A stretch of DNA of 63,051 nucleotides, filler included, from Hausera hauseri (GCA_046269625.1; 12 parts of 12 records of this genome joined end to end with filler, not necessarily neighbours in it), one strand, 5' to 3'; positions 11,919-25,599 are shown, counted from the first letter of the whole stretch. The notes: generated by a model from the letters alone, not told the origin. Made by a program: numbers and translations.

Positions 11919-13679
11919 GAATGAGAACGACATACAGACAGAACTGTCTACTAAAAGTGAAAAAAAATACACGTGTCTTCCATTGTTTAATATACAGAAC
12001 TTACATAATAGTAATACTGCAGGAGTACGTGTAACTGTGCATGCTGAATGTGGATCATATATAATGTATATATGTAAAGTAGCTATAGCAGTCATTCTAA
12101 TATTTCAGTGTTTTACTGGTATAGGACACTCAAAAATTCCCAAATATAAAAAAAGGCAAATATATTTAAATTAAGCATGAACTATAAACACTTTTGCCAG
12201 CAGAGCGACGATAATTTAAAACACAGGTAAGATTGCGTCTTTTGCACTCTATTTTCAAACAAAGAATGCATAGTCCAGATTATGACTACCCTCCCAAAGT
12301 TAAACAGACTTTCTTCTGCTACCAGGAGAAAAAAAATGGAGATGGGCCGTGGTTATGCCTTCGCATCGAGTAGAGTCCGGGGTTCAAGTTATCAATGTGC
12401 GAAAAAAATTCAACGAAAAACATTTCTGAGAGTTTTTGACCTGTCTGTTAATATGTGGCTAGAATGCGCGAAACAAACATTTAATGGTTCTACTGACTTC
12501 GGTAATCTACGATTTTGGGACTGTACTTTTACAATAGATTTAAAACGTTTAATATTCACGATATTATTCACAAGCAATGTAACCACCAGAACCCTATCTG
12601 TTCCGTCCACGCGTTTTTTGCTCGTGGATTTGGCTTGAATGTCACATTTTGACGTCAACACTTAGAGACAAAGTCATCAAAGATCTCACAGTACTGCCCG
12701 ATGCATACTTTTATACCGTGGCGTCTGGACTGAAACCAACACGATAGAAAAATGTCACATTTTATTTCACAGCGATGTTTTGTCGATATTCAAGAAAATA
12801 CTCTATGATTTTCGAATTTGTTTGACAAATTATTTTGTGTTAAAAATGTTACTCTGAAAACTGGTAAAAATCTAATTATATTTTCTTTTCACAGACTCTG
12901 GTTTTTGAGCAAGGGGGAGACTAACACGAAGAGATGCTTTCATTTTGGAAAAAGAGTTTTACATTGCAGCGAATTACGTGGACTGTCACTGTTCATTTCG
13001 TGAGACTGTAAATATTGTTAGCTTTTTTCAGGCAGACCGTGACTTAGACATAGCATGTAAATTATGTATCATATTTTGGCAATTTTGCGCTGAAGAACCT
13101 GGATTTTGCAAATGATATAGTTTTACATTTTTACTGTTAAGCAGCCACAAAGACATGCCTAAAAATAAATGGCTAAAATAAAATAATATAAAATAAGGTT
13201 GGTGTAGGAGAAATTACCGAAACAAAGTCTAGGAAATAAGCAACCAGTCTATATGTCTATTTTGTCTTGTCTTCGATCCACAGTCACGGAGCATCAGCTC
13301 TTGTTGACTTTAATGCGAATATGTAGTACTGTGCAGTTTTAATAAGCTGCTTTGGGCTGCCATTTAGGACACTGTCTGTGTTTGGGTTGTCAGGTTGTCA
13401 GGTAGTAGAGTCCGTCTTAACTCCTGCAGTATGGAGAAAGACAGCAGGTAGTGCCAGTCTATATAAATGGTATACTAGTAGAGGAAGTAAAAGAAGTTAC
13501 ATGTAAAGGCATCACAGTAACAGAGGATGGAGACGGCAGTCGAAGTAAACGTAAGAATAACAAAAAGAATAAGCGTTTTTGCGGCATTTTCAAAAATCAG
13601 GAAATTCAAGAAGCTGAGCATAAAAACTAATATTAAGGTTATTTAAGACCAAAATAATTAAATTTGCTGCTTAATGGCA

Positions 13680-13960
13680 GCTAATGTTGGAAGATGACAA
13701 TGAAAACTGGCTGCAAAAGATCAAACGAATTTTCTGGCCCAAAAACAACAAGAAATTAGGACTTGATAAAGGAAGCAGGAATTCAGACATTGTCACCGGT
13801 GATAAAGGATAGACGATGGCTTTGGATGGGATTGCAGTGATGAAGACATTGTACTCGGTACCACGGACAGAATTATAATGAACCCCACAAGGAAAGATTG
13901 GACGAGGACGACTCGAAAAGACGAGGAGAGCACAGGAAACAGAATAACGTCTGCTGGGTG
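13680..13960 (+). mobile_element. RTE-type LINE 3' fragment
   Basis: Across frames: ENWLQKIKRIFWP...IKDRRWLWMG...TPQGKIGRGR, matching the RTE ORF C-terminal pattern (RIFWP, RRWRWIGH, WTPxGKRxRGRP). Confidence 0.75.
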
Positions 13961-14029
13961 TCGGACTTACGGAACAGTTGAAGAAAATCAAAGGATTCAA
14001 AACTGTAGAAGTTAATTCTATCTATATAT

Positions 14030-14290
14030 AAATTTAGACGACATAGATTTTGACAATTTCATAAACACTAAAGCTTAAATGACAAAGTTTTGGTTTTTTC
14101 GTAGACAATATAAACTTGAATTGCATAGTATGTGGCAACTTTTTAAACATAGATGACATAGTTTTGGCTATTTCATAGACACATTAAATTTGCATGTCAG
14201 AGTCGTGGCTATTTTAATAAAATTACGAATTAAAGGATTTTTGTTTGTGGATATTTTAAAAACACTGTAATCTTGGATGATGTAACTTTG
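14030..14290 (+). repeat. Degenerate ~42-bp tandem repeat, about 6 copies
   Basis: Unit resembles AATTTAGACGACATAGATTTTGACAATTTCATAAACACTAAA. Confidence 0.55.
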
Positions 14291-14409
14291 ACAACGTCAT
14301 TGTGGCGGTCAAGATAGGTCATGGTCGCCGTATCGTGTTTTCTTTTTATTTAACTCAAATAAAAGACAAAAAAGTATATTTTAGATTTCCTGTTTGTCAT
14401 TTCTCTATC

Positions 14410-14448
<39 letters not shown>

Positions 14449-14468
14449 TAAAAAGAGTGAGAGAAGAG
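14410..14468 (+). repeat. (GA)n microsatellite
   Basis: Direct reading of the sequence. Confidence 0.9.
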
Positions 14469-15699
14469 CAATCAATTTCCTTTGACAAGTGATTTTTGTG
14501 CGCTGGGGCACCACTGACATACGTGTTCAAGAATGGGGGCAGTGTGATGATATCAACAAAAACAACAATTTACAATAATTTGAAAGGCAATCTTAGATTA
14601 ACATAAAAACACATAAATACACTGATAACTAGCACGCTTTTTTATCATAATTCTTTACTTATTTATTACCTGCGACAAACCCCCACATGGAAGTTGTCAT
14701 ATGGACCTGTCTGAGCTGTCCTGCCCTGGACAGTTCTTTCTTATTTCTGGTTCCATGTGTAACCAAACGTTTTTCTATCCGTTTCTAAGTTTCTGTGCCA
14801 AGTATTTCATTGTCTTCCTGTATTCTTTCTTCCCATGTTTATCCTGCTTACTACAGTCTCTACTTGTCATAACGCCAGTTAAACATCGACTGCTTCATTT
14901 AAAGGAAGGCAGTTTCATGACACCCAAGCAAATTCTCGCAATACTAATGATTAAGTTCGAATGGAATGTTACTGTTTCAGATTATCAAAAGTATCGCTTG
15001 TTTGGAAGTGAAATACTGTGGAGACTGTGTTCATAGTCTGATCTACAGAGGCACGCATGCGGAATGAACAAAACAAATTGTATGACCGCTCTCGTGGAAG
15101 AAGCTAGGAAGAAACTGAATAGTTAATGTGATAATTACAATTGTTCCTAAAAATGTTACTTTGGATTACATTCGATACAATTAAATAAACGTGCCGAGGA
15201 CGCCAGAAAGGAATATCGCTGGCGCCACTATGCCGCGCGCGTTGCGTAGAACAGCTCTGCTTTAGACTATTTTTGGAACTAAAACAGTGACGTCACAACA
15301 TTAAACGTAAACTACAGGAAAATATAATGTTCATTCTGTAACGGAAAACAACAATTCCTTCTAGTCAGAGAACACACGATTTGTCATTACATAAATAAAT
15401 TCCGAAATAAATTGTGCACCAATTTATAAAAATAAATGTCATAGACGTATTGCTTCATCACTATAGAAAGAAACACAAAGTAAAACATAACAAAAGATGG
15501 CACAAAAGTGGTTTTTGCCCTCACATGCAAAATACAATACGTATGGGAGTTGCTTCCGCTGGTGGCACCGAAAAAAATCTAAGATTAATTTTAAAACAAA
15601 ACAGCTGAAGAGTTCTTCTTTGTTTTTCGTTTGCCTTTGAAGCATAATACATCTATGAATTTTCTCCACCCAGTCTTGGGTAAACGACTTTAGTACCTG

Positions 15700-15990
15700 C
15701 CTCTATCTGTTCTCTCTCCATAGTTCATATCCAGTTGTCTCTGGATCTCAAAGTGAAACTTTTTCCTGCTGGACTCCACTTTAAAGCAGTGCATACGTGT
15801 TAATACGCATTCTTAGTATATGACCCAACCATTTCCATCAATATTTCATTATTACTGCAATCGCTGACTATGCATTCTGATTTGTGTTCCCTGTAAACCT
15901 TGCGTTTGACACCGTGCTCCCTATGGATCTTATGTTTGACACGGTGTTCACAATAGACTTTAAGGAGTCTTCTTAGACATCTTCCCTTAA
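15700..15990 (-). mobile_element. RTE-type LINE 3' fragment
   Basis: Across frames: RCLRRLLKVY...WKWLGHILRM...TALKWSPAGK. Confidence 0.75.
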
Positions 15991-16463
15991 AGCCTGTTAA
16001 TCAACTGTCTTTTAGTGTTTATTGCCCATGTATAGAAGTTTATCGAACGTTACGCGCAAAAAAGTTCAGTTTATTGTTAATTTCTTGGTCAGCGTAAATT
16101 GTTTCGGAGGGTTGGCGGTTGATTACATGAGAATGAAAGATGTATGGACCCGCCCGGAGTGAAACAAAGATGGTTCAGGTCATTGCGAGTTGTTACTCTC
16201 GACAACAGGTTCGACCGTCATCTATAGCAATACACGAGCAACACATTTTAGGGCTCACTTATGAAAGATCATAGATTGGCCACGTGAATTCATCAAACAC
16301 GGTGATATTCCTATGCCTAGTTTTTTCCACATTTCTTCCAGTTTATACAAGCAATACAACAACAGATTAATTCTGTAGAATACATCAATAATTTGCATGT
16401 ATAAGTAGGTTACACTGGAAATAAAGACGCACAGACACACACAAGCACAGACAAATAAACTTA

Positions 16464-16563
16464 NNNNNNNNNNNNNNNNNNNNNNNNNNNNNNNNNNNNN
16501 NNNNNNNTTAATTAATTAANNNNNNNNNNNNNNNNNNNNNNNNNNNNNNNNNNNNNNNNNNNN
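16464..16563. other. Artificial contig linker
   Basis: 44N-TTAATTAATTAA-44N. Confidence 0.99.
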
Positions 16564-18602
16564 GGGTGATGGATGTTGTGAATGGTGTCGAACGCCTGTT
16601 TCCGTAGGTTTGCTGCCAGAATTGGGCGTGGACAACCATTCAGGATGGTATTGTAGTGTATTCCATCTTTGGGTTCGACTGTTTTGAAGACCATAACATC
16701 ATCTTCATGTGGAGAGTTCGATCGGAGAAACTATTCCGTGAAAATTGGATCGAAAGATATCGTCGATATCCCCGTTGAGGAAAAGAAGTCAGCAAATGTG
16801 TTATTTTTCCCAGTTATGTGTTCTATCTGGAATGAGAATTCCGACAGAAATGAAATATGCTGCTCTTGACGAGGAGATGGGTTCTTCATACTCATCATGT
16901 GAAATAGTGGTTTGTGATCCGTACGGATTGTGAACACATTTCCTTCGAGGAAATGTCTGAAATATTTGACACTGAGAATTGTGGCTAGTAATTCTCGGTC
17001 GCAAGTTGAATAGCGTTGCTTAGACGAATTGGATTTGTGGAAAAAGAATTCAATGGGAGCACTTTTGTCATTGATTGATTGGGCAAGAATGGCGCATGCA
17101 GCGATTGTAGATGCATCTATTGTTAAGATAAACGATGCATCTCGTTTAGGATAGTGAAGTGTAGATAGGTGGAGAAGCGCCATTTTTGCATTGGAAAATG
17201 CCTCTTCAGCCTCATCTGTCTATTTTACCTGGGATTTCTTGGGTCCTTGGCTTAGAGCAGATAGTGGTGACAGGATTTCCGAGCAATGCAGAATGTAGCG
17301 ATGGCAGAAATTGATCGTGCCAAGGAAGCTGCGAAGTTTAGTCACTGTGGATGGTTTCAGTATTTGTTTGATGGTTTCTAGTCGCTCAGGAAGTGGACTG
17401 TGACCAAGTGGTGTTAACCGAAGTCCGAGAAATACGGCTTAAGTTTTAAAGAATGAACATTTGTTTATGTTCAACTGTAGGTTGCTTTCATTCAACCTAT
17501 GAAACACATGTTTGACATATGTTTTGTGAGTCGCTTCATCGGGTGATGCAATCAATATGTCATCTATATATGAAATTGCACAAGGCATGTCGATGAGGAC
17601 TTGGTCTATGTGGCGTTGGAATATTTGACTTGCATTACGTAAACCAAAAGGCATGCGTAGGTACTCGAACAAACAAAAGACGTTATTACGGCCGTTTTTG
17701 GAATGTCTTCGGTAGTCCCTGGGATCTGGTGGGATGTCCTTTCCACATCGATTGCGCTGAATATTGCGGCACCATGTAGGCGATGCAGTATGTCTGTTAC
17801 CAACGATGTTGGATATGAATCGTGGATGGTGACGTTATTCAACATTCTATAGTCACCACAAGGCCGATATCATCCGTCCTTTTTGAGAACCGTGCAATGG
17901 TGATGCCTACAGTGATGTAGAGCGGCGTATAATGCCTGTTTCTTCGAGGTGTCGGAATTCGGCTTCCGCGGCTGCTCGCTTGACAGGATCAAGCTCCCTC
18001 CGGGGTTGCCGAATCGGTCGGTCGCATGATGTAACGAGAAAGTGTGATGTTTTCATCTCTTCCTGTGCTAGTTGTGCTGAGCGTTTCAACAGATTAGGGT
18101 ACTGCGCTTGCAGCAATGGAGCCATGTCAATGGGATTTGCGATTTTGATGTCCGTGACAGCGTTTATAGTCCGTGTAAATGCGGGTGGAGGTAAAGGACT
18201 GCCCCCGCTGGTGAGTTGTTGATTTCAGCAATCAACTGTGAAATCGTAGTGATCTAGGAAGTCGGAACCAAGGATCGGTTGCATGACATAGGCCAATATA
18301 ATTGACCAAGCGTATGGTCGGCCTTGTAGGTGAAATTGTAGGTACAGTGTATCTGTGGTTGCTATGCGCGTGCCAGCTTTGAGCGAAGCATGTGAGACCA
18401 GTGTAGTTCTAGCGTATGCACTAGGTATCAGCGATAAAGCTGCACTGGTGTCGATTAGAAAATCGAGTTGTTTCGAGATGTCAGAGTGTAGTGACTCCGC
18501 CTCGAGGGTAAAAATAGCATCAACAATGCGTTCGATATTGTATATACGGCAGTTGTGGTGATTGGGTTTCCAGTCGACGTGCCGTTGGTCATCTGGGCCC
18601 AT
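16564..18602 (-). pseudogene. Gypsy pol (protease, RT, RNase H, IN zinc-finger start), disrupted
   Basis: FLIDTSA, MPFGLRNA, YIDDILI, TIDAS, RYSTCDRELLA, TDHKPL, AFDTIHNIHH. Confidence 0.92.
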
Positions 18603-20037
18603 TTAGTTTTTTGATGGCTTGTAAAATTTGCAGCCGGTCGACAGATTTTTGCGTCTGGACCGAAATTATTGTGATAAATGCAAGTGTCTTGAATTTTTAT
18701 ATTTGCAGACAGCTTGTTGAATTGACAGCCATGGTAGCCTTTGTAGGCGGATTCGCCAAATCGTATGTGGAAATGGAAAATTTTGGAAAATTTGCCTTTC
18801 TTTTTCTTGGGGGATTGACGCCGAGATGACGGTTTGTCCCAAGCTGGTAGATTCTTGTGCGTTACAAGTGCCTGCAGTGCTGCAATAATGGTGTCCAGCT
18901 GATTTTGCTGGGTCGCTGTGACAGAGTGGATGTTTTCCGTTTGTGAGGATTCTACGGTGCCTTTAGTGCACTCATGTATTTTGTCGGCTTTTGATGCCAT
19001 ATTGTCCAAAGTAGTATCGGGCGGTAATAGCACAAAAGCCGCTTGAATTTGGTTGGGCAAACTACTCAGAAAGTAGCGCCGTAGTATGTGCTAATTGCTG
19101 TGGAGGTCCAACTCAGCATTGCTCAAATCTGAGCGAAACTTTTGAAGTAAGGCAGAAGGTTTCATATTTCCTGTCTGTCGTTTGGTGAATACAAGGTTGA
19201 ACTGGACCTGTTGGGATGGTAGGTATGTATTGCATATGGCTGCTTTGATTTTGTCAAATGGCTTTTCATCTGACAGTAACGTGTCCAGATCCGTTATTGC
19301 TGCGAGTCTTGTTGGCTGCAGGTATTGTATCAGTGTTAAGGCCTTGTTTAGTTGGCCGGTAATGCTGCATTGAGTGGCCCATGTTTCAAACACATGGAAC
19401 CACTTCAATGGAGTTCCGTCCGAATCTATGAAGAAGGTTAAACATGCTAATTTGGGAGGGACAATGTATGGGACAATGTATGCTCGGGATATTGTTGTTT
19501 TAGAACTTCCAACATACACGACATGTCTAGGGTAGGTAGAAAGCGATGAGCTTTTGTCTGAAGCCAATTTTGTACAATGAGTTGTACTTCGTTTAGCGTA
19601 CTATCGGTCGATGTTGTTTCACAATAGTGAATTTTGTTGGCGATTTCAATCGACTGACGATTTGGTAAATGGCTGAGTAGCGACTTTTCGCTTGTTATGT
19701 GTGCTATTTTGGCACGATTAGTATACTGTGATTTGTATTCCGATTTTACGATGTCGGTGCGTGTCTCAGTGCTAGAATATTTTAGCACTTGTTTAGAATC
19801 GCTCATTGTGATAGCTGTAGGGTTATCGGGTCTCGCGTTATCACTTTTAGTGATGTGAGTATTTGTGGCAGGATTGTTTTCGACAGCACTAGTAAATGTA
19901 TTTACCGGATTAATTTCCACGGTGTTTTTATAAGCCTGAGCCGGATTGTTTTCAGCGGCTGTGTTTGTCGAAATTCTCGGACCAGTATTCACGGTTCTGT
20001 CCGAAATAAGCGTGTGTGGGTTATTCGCTGCCACCAT
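18600..20037 (-). pseudogene. Gypsy gag with two CHCC-type knuckles, frameshifted
   Basis: GNMKPSALL, LDNMASKADKI, FHFHIRFGESAYKGYHGC and CIYHNNFGPDAKICRP. Confidence 0.8.
20026..20036 (-). promoter_or_regulatory. Putative primer-binding site TGGTGGCAGCG
   Basis: A common Gypsy PBS string directly at the start of the gag-like ORF. Confidence 0.6.
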
Positions 20038-21203
20038 TTTAGAGTTCGCATCCTTGTGGATAAATCTTTTAAATATAAAAAGGATAAACATGTAAATACA
20101 GTCGAATAAAACGACTGAAAGAAACAATGATAAGACGAGAAAACAATGAGGGTAATTTTTATTCAGTTCTCGCAAATCGTCCGCCGATGCGTACGAGTTC
20201 TCGGTTGAGGAAAGGGCCGGGCCAATCCTCGGATTTCGGCGCGGACAAGTCGGAATGTTGTCCGAACGGGAATCAGTTTATGCTGGTTCAAGTCTTGTCG
20301 GATCCAACCGGCGTCGACGGAGCGGTATGGAAACTTTGTCTGGTCTGGAGCTCACTGTCCTAGCCATCAGCTTATCAGCGATTAGACGGTCAGGAATCAA
20401 CTGGCTCTCTGATGGAGCCAGCGACTCGAATAGCCGATCTGTTGCCGCCATCAGTCTTAAAAAGACTGGCAAGAAGGAGGAGGAGCCGAACAACCGTCGG
20501 CTGTCCCCATCGGCGTAGAACCTACAAAGATGTCCTGTCGGGCGGCAGTACGGATAGTTCTCGGGCAGTCTGCTGAGGTGCCGCACAAAACGGCTCCGCT
20601 GCAGAAACTTTCGCACAGTCTGATAATCAGAATAAAAACGGCACGGAGCTTGACGGTCCCGGATGCGACGTCATTTTCCACGGGATATGGTGTCTCGCCG
20701 GGCTGTGTTTTCGATCTTCTGATAGGATTTGCTCCGCCGAGACACTACGCATGTCGATATTGTTTTCCGTTCCAGCGTGCACTGGTCGGAGTTCCTTGGG
20801 GATGCGGTACCCCGGAATCGATGTGGTCTTCCTTTTGCTAATTGTGATGCCTGGTTGGACAGCGGCATCGGTTAGGAGAACCCTAGTGTCTTCTATGACG
20901 ATTGGTTCGCCGGGTTTCGCTGTTCTGGTCGCGCAAGTTCTCGTTCTATTACTATTACTAGCGATATGGACTCGTATTTTTTTCGTGCCTCCTTTGGTGA
21001 TGGATACATCGTTTTTTGGTAACCTAGTCACTGTGTTCGACGTTTCTGGCATATATGTAGATATTTTGAATAATTCTGCTCTTTTTTGAACTGTGGATTC
21101 AAGCAAATGGATTTGAATTTACAGAATTTGAACGTTGATAATTTTGCAAGTGCTGGTCACTTCGACACTTGTAATCCCGATTTTTAAATTGTGTTTCATC
21201 TTT

Positions 21204-21303
21204 NNNNNNNNNNNNNNNNNNNNNNNNNNNNNNNNNNNNNNNNNNNNTTAATTAATTAANNNNNNNNNNNNNNNNNNNNNNNNNNNNNNNNNNNNNNNNN
21301 NNN
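21204..21303. other. Artificial contig linker
   Basis: 44N-TTAATTAATTAA-44N. Confidence 0.99.
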
Positions 21304-21393
21304 TATTAGGAAAAATATCCTATTTCAATACAGTATAATAAATTTAGGAATAAATGAATCTAGCCTTTTTCTTCCTTATTATTGTCTTTGTAT

Positions 21394-22210
21394 TTATATT
21401 TCTTCTTGTAGAGAACCTGACATCTGGGTAATGTGATATGGCATATTTTCTTTTGATTGCATATAAGACACCACATATGACATGCTTTCTTTGCAGATAG
21501 CCCATATAATGCATTTAGACAAGACAACCGCGGGTTGGTCGTCTTCATCGATATCCGCTTCGCCCAATATAGGTTTTTGGAATATGGTCGCTTCGTAATC
21601 AAATGACAGCTCTTCTCTAGCAGGTGCATCACTGTCGATGGTCATGAATTCCTCACCCGTTATCGAGTTGTCATGTTCAAGATGCACTCCGAGAATGAGT
21701 TCTGTCAGGGTGAGATCATCCTCGTCCTCCTCTATGGTTTGTACGGTCTTGAAAACCATATATTGAGAAGCCTTGATGTTACATAAAAAATCTCGAATCC
21801 AATAACACGCATCCAGGACAGAGATAGACTTTGCCAAGCAGTCACCCGAAGTGTGTGCGTCAATGGCGATCATAACACGAAAAAGAAGGGATTTTCGATA
21901 AATAATTTCGAAGGCTTGTATTATTCCCTGGTCTAGCGGCTGCAGCAGAGCTGTCGTATTTGCGGACGAAAAGAGAAGCTTTACATTGCTGAAGTGGCTA
22001 TCGCGCGGATGAGAGGCAGCGTTGTCAAGAATGAGTAGAACATGGCTGCTTGAGCGATGCTTCTTATCGTTGAATGATAATAACCGTTCGCGAAACAGTA
22101 AAGATGTCATCCAAGCCTTTTTATTCCATCCCCAGATTACATGTACCATTACAACACTATCAAAGCAACGGGGTGAATGCGACTTTCTAATAACCAGTGG
22201 CTTTTTGAAT
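21394..22210 (-). mobile_element. pogo/Tigger-type transposase fragment (DDE_1)
   Basis: NKKAWMT, VLLILDNAASHP, NTTALLQPLDQGII. Confidence 0.92.
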
Positions 22211-22391
22211 TACCTCAGTTCGTTAAAGGTCAGGTACAGACCGGAAAGAAATCATAAGGACGACCAAATAAAATGTGATGAACCAGTGTGGTGTTGATAG
22301 GTTAATCCGTGCATAGCGCAAAAACGAGAAGAGAAATCTAGGCCCTGAAATTAGACAATTTAGGCCAATCCTTCATCAAATTCATAAAACT

Positions 22392-24082
22392 TTGTACAAG
22401 GATGAAGACAATTTTTGGTCAGAGGCGGAAGAAAAGAGAGGTCATCATGGGATTGATGGACATATCAAAGGAGTATTGCAGAAGGATGAAAAAGCAATAA
22501 TGACGAAAAAATTGCCAAATTCAATTGATTTGTTAGAGAATAACGATATAATTAAAAAATGGATGAAAGTCGGAAATACGTCGAAGGATCGCATAATTGC
22601 CATATTAGTATGTTTAACAATGAGAGTACAGATGTCAAGTGAAAAACAAGAATACTTTGAAAATAATAATGGGATTGTTATGGAAATAGCAAGGAATATT
22701 CTATCAATGGACGTGCAGCGACTTGATGGGTGGGAAAAACTGTTGGACCTTGATCATGTCCCACAACCAACACCACAAGAAGAACACCAACAAAAGCAAG
22801 GTTGATCCGCGAAAAGTTCCTGTAACATGAAAAAGGGTTTACCGGAAATAATGAAATATTTTGAGAGAATATTGGATAACGTACCACGACTAAATTTTGA
22901 AGGAATGACGAATAATCTGCTAATTGTGTTAATTTTATGACACATGCCTCAAAGGGAAGCAGTCAGAGCCTTTGATTGCGACAAACCAGAAGTAGGAGTG
23001 TGAAAATCTGTCATTTTGTTTCGATCATGTTTTGTAATAAATCCAATACGAATAATCTGATTTTGATTCAACAATATCAAAACGACAAACTGTATTCTAT
23101 ATCACTTAAAATTTTGTAATGATAGTGAATACGAATATTTAAACAAAACAAAAATGACTATATAATTTTGTGTCCCATTGGGTGAATGTGGGCACCACAA
23201 GGAGCTACGTACTCCTCGGTTGATTTGGGGAAATGCCCTGATGCTGATCCGGTCATACTTATAACAGAACCTGCAACAAAGTATTACATATACCAAGAAA
23301 GAAGTTTTAGAGTAAAAGCCTTGGAATGTAAATTGCAAAAACTAACAAAGAAATTGCATTGTGGAAAGGCACATACTCAGTCAACGAATCTACTAATAGT
23401 GTCACCAGATGAGCCTCAGCGAGGCGATGAAAATGGGTAAGTTAAAGATAAATGACAAGGTGGAAATAGCAACAATAGTTAATGGTATTAAACATCTCAC
23501 AATAAATAAAGGTGTGATAGGTAAAGTGGAACGTGTACAGGACAAACCGTGGAGGAAGTATCACGAATAGTTGCACAAAACCTGTATACATGGACAGTTA
23601 CTGATAGAGAAATTACGTTTGACGCCGATACATTGAAACCAATGATTCGAGTAAATTGCGTATACGGTAACGGATACTGTTTTACTATGTATTCGGTAAT
23701 TACCAGGAGTGTGGAAGTTATAACTTGCAACATAGCCATCATTAAAGCCACAATGTTCAATATCGTGCAAGGTGTTAGGTTTTCGAAACGAGTAAAATCC
23801 CATTCTGATGATGACGATGTAAAACGATTAACAGAGATTGAGACGCCGGCAGTCCTTATGTCAACAGTTGATGATACAGTGCGTTTGATAAGAAAGCAAA
23901 TAGTAACCAAATGTAAAGCTGAGATATCTGCTACTAATGTTGAAGACATATACGTTAAAAAAACAGAAGTGGAAGATGAGCAGAAACAAGTACATCCAAC
24001 TGAGGTTAAACCAATGGTATACTGCAACGGAAAAATGGACTATGCATGGAATCTCCCTTCAAGCGTTAGGCAGTGTCCCTGA
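22392..24082 (+). pseudogene. Chuvirus-like (class III, gB-type) envelope glycoprotein gene with an upstream in-frame leader, disrupted
   Basis: Hydrophobic stretch from ATG 22905, then AFDC...DLGKCP...YIYQ...ECK...HCG...GTCTG...NCVYGNGYC...KCKAEISATN...VYCNGKMDY. The cysteine and motif spacing resembles chuviral G (YDC, QCK, HCG, YVNSKF). Confidence 0.7.
22999..23199 (-). mobile_element. 201-bp solo-LTR-like insertion with 5-bp TSD AGGAG
   Basis: AGGAG|TGTGAAAAT...GGGCACCACA|AGGAG. Removing the insert and one TSD restores the frame AFDCDKPEVGATYSSVDLGKCP. Confidence 0.88.
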
Positions 24083-25599
24083 TTTTGAATTAGTGATACT
24101 ACATATGGCTCGATGTACCTATGGACGTGCGATTGTCACTTTCGACGTCAAACAGTTTTTATCCGGTTTCTCTCTAAAAACATGATCTTATATTAGAACT
24201 TATCGAATTGCAGCAAAGCCCATGGAGTTTTGTTTAGCGCCGCGATGTTTGCCGAATAAATTGTATCCGTCCTCTCGGAACAGTGAATGCTACTAATATT
24301 ATAAATGACGTTTTCGAATTGTTTCTTCATTTATCCCGACGTAACAAACTATACATTATCTGGACACCGGAAGCTGCTTAGATTCACACACGGGTTGCAG
24401 ATTTCGTTCCACCCTGATCAATTGATCCGATTGCCTCTTGACGAGCATCCAATACCTTCAGCCTTAATTGTCCCTCCTCCGGTCTCAGTGATCAGGCGCC
24501 AGTGGTGAGGCGCAATCTTTGCCCGGCGTATGTTGGACCGTTGAAATAATATCATTTTTTAAACTTTGATTTGCTGACGTTACAGTTATCTTGATTTAGA
24601 TGAATTAAGACCCGACCGAATGTTGTGTTGAAATAGTATTGTTGGATCGTCGAAGTAACAATAAATTGTATGTACAACAATTGGTTATTTACTCTAACGA
24701 TGACAACATTATCAAAGCTGCATCTGGGTTCGAATGTGACACAAAAAATACGATTTTTATTTGATTCTTTTGACGACTAAGTTACCATCGAGTACAATAG
24801 AGTGAGCATATTTTCTTGGTTTAATTTTGGTACCTTCATAAGCATTAATAATAACCTCCTTCTCCCACTTATAAATCTGTATTTTTTACATTAAGTTTCA
24901 TTGTATTTTTGACACTTAATTATAAAGCAGTAGCCTTTAAGGTTTAGCTTAATGGCTATTGGATAAAGCAGTAAAATTCAAGAGTAAGGTATAAGTAATG
25001 TGTGGCCTTTGGGATTAGCATAGCTGATACTCGAGATTAGAGTCCAGATAAAATATTTGGGATATCTTCTAAAATAATCTAAAAGAAGTTAAAATCTAAT
25101 AATAGTAGAAGAGTATTTATAGGCTTGGGCAACAATACATTTATCTTTTCTTTGATTATTGTGTGTGGATTAAAATCACTACAGTCGGGTTATGGTTTTG
25201 TCGCCAATATGTTGGGTTGGCGAGATTTAGGAGTTACGATCGACTTAGTGGAGTTCTCAAATTGCTTTCAAGTTGATGTGTTCTCAGTGATACTCGGTAA
25301 ATTGTATAAAAATGTATCTGAAAACCTTCATTGATTTGCAAATCAAAATTCTATAGAAAGCGGCGGTCTCGGGACGATTTTAATGAGATCATAGTTTGTT
25401 TAATAATCCTATTTGTTATAGATATCACAGTAAATTTTGGTCGAATTTTCTTTCAGAGGAAAATACGTGAGGTTGGATTCAGCTTGAGGGGTTGGTTATA
25501 TCTGAAGGGCTACGGGAATACATGGATCGTTGATATATGGTCGGGAATAAGGGTGTGAATGTAGTAGGTAGAAGGGAGTGCACTGCGCCACCCCCCCCC

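Larger units (their letters stand above)
16564..20526 (-). mobile_element. Decayed CsRn1-like Gypsy element: putative 5' LTR, PBS, gag, PR, RT, RH and start of IN
   Basis: Domain order gag-PR-RT-RH-IN. The 5' LTR boundary (about 20038-20526) is tentative. Confidence 0.9.

Noticed and set aside
23406-23432. Hammerhead ribozyme (CAGATGA-GCCTC/GAGGC-GATGAAA)
   Set aside because: Both core segments deviate from CUGANGA and GAAA, no stems I or III were found, and it lies in the glycoprotein coding region.
24900-25560. CR1/L2 LINE 3' end
   Set aside because: Only a vague resemblance, too degenerate to call.
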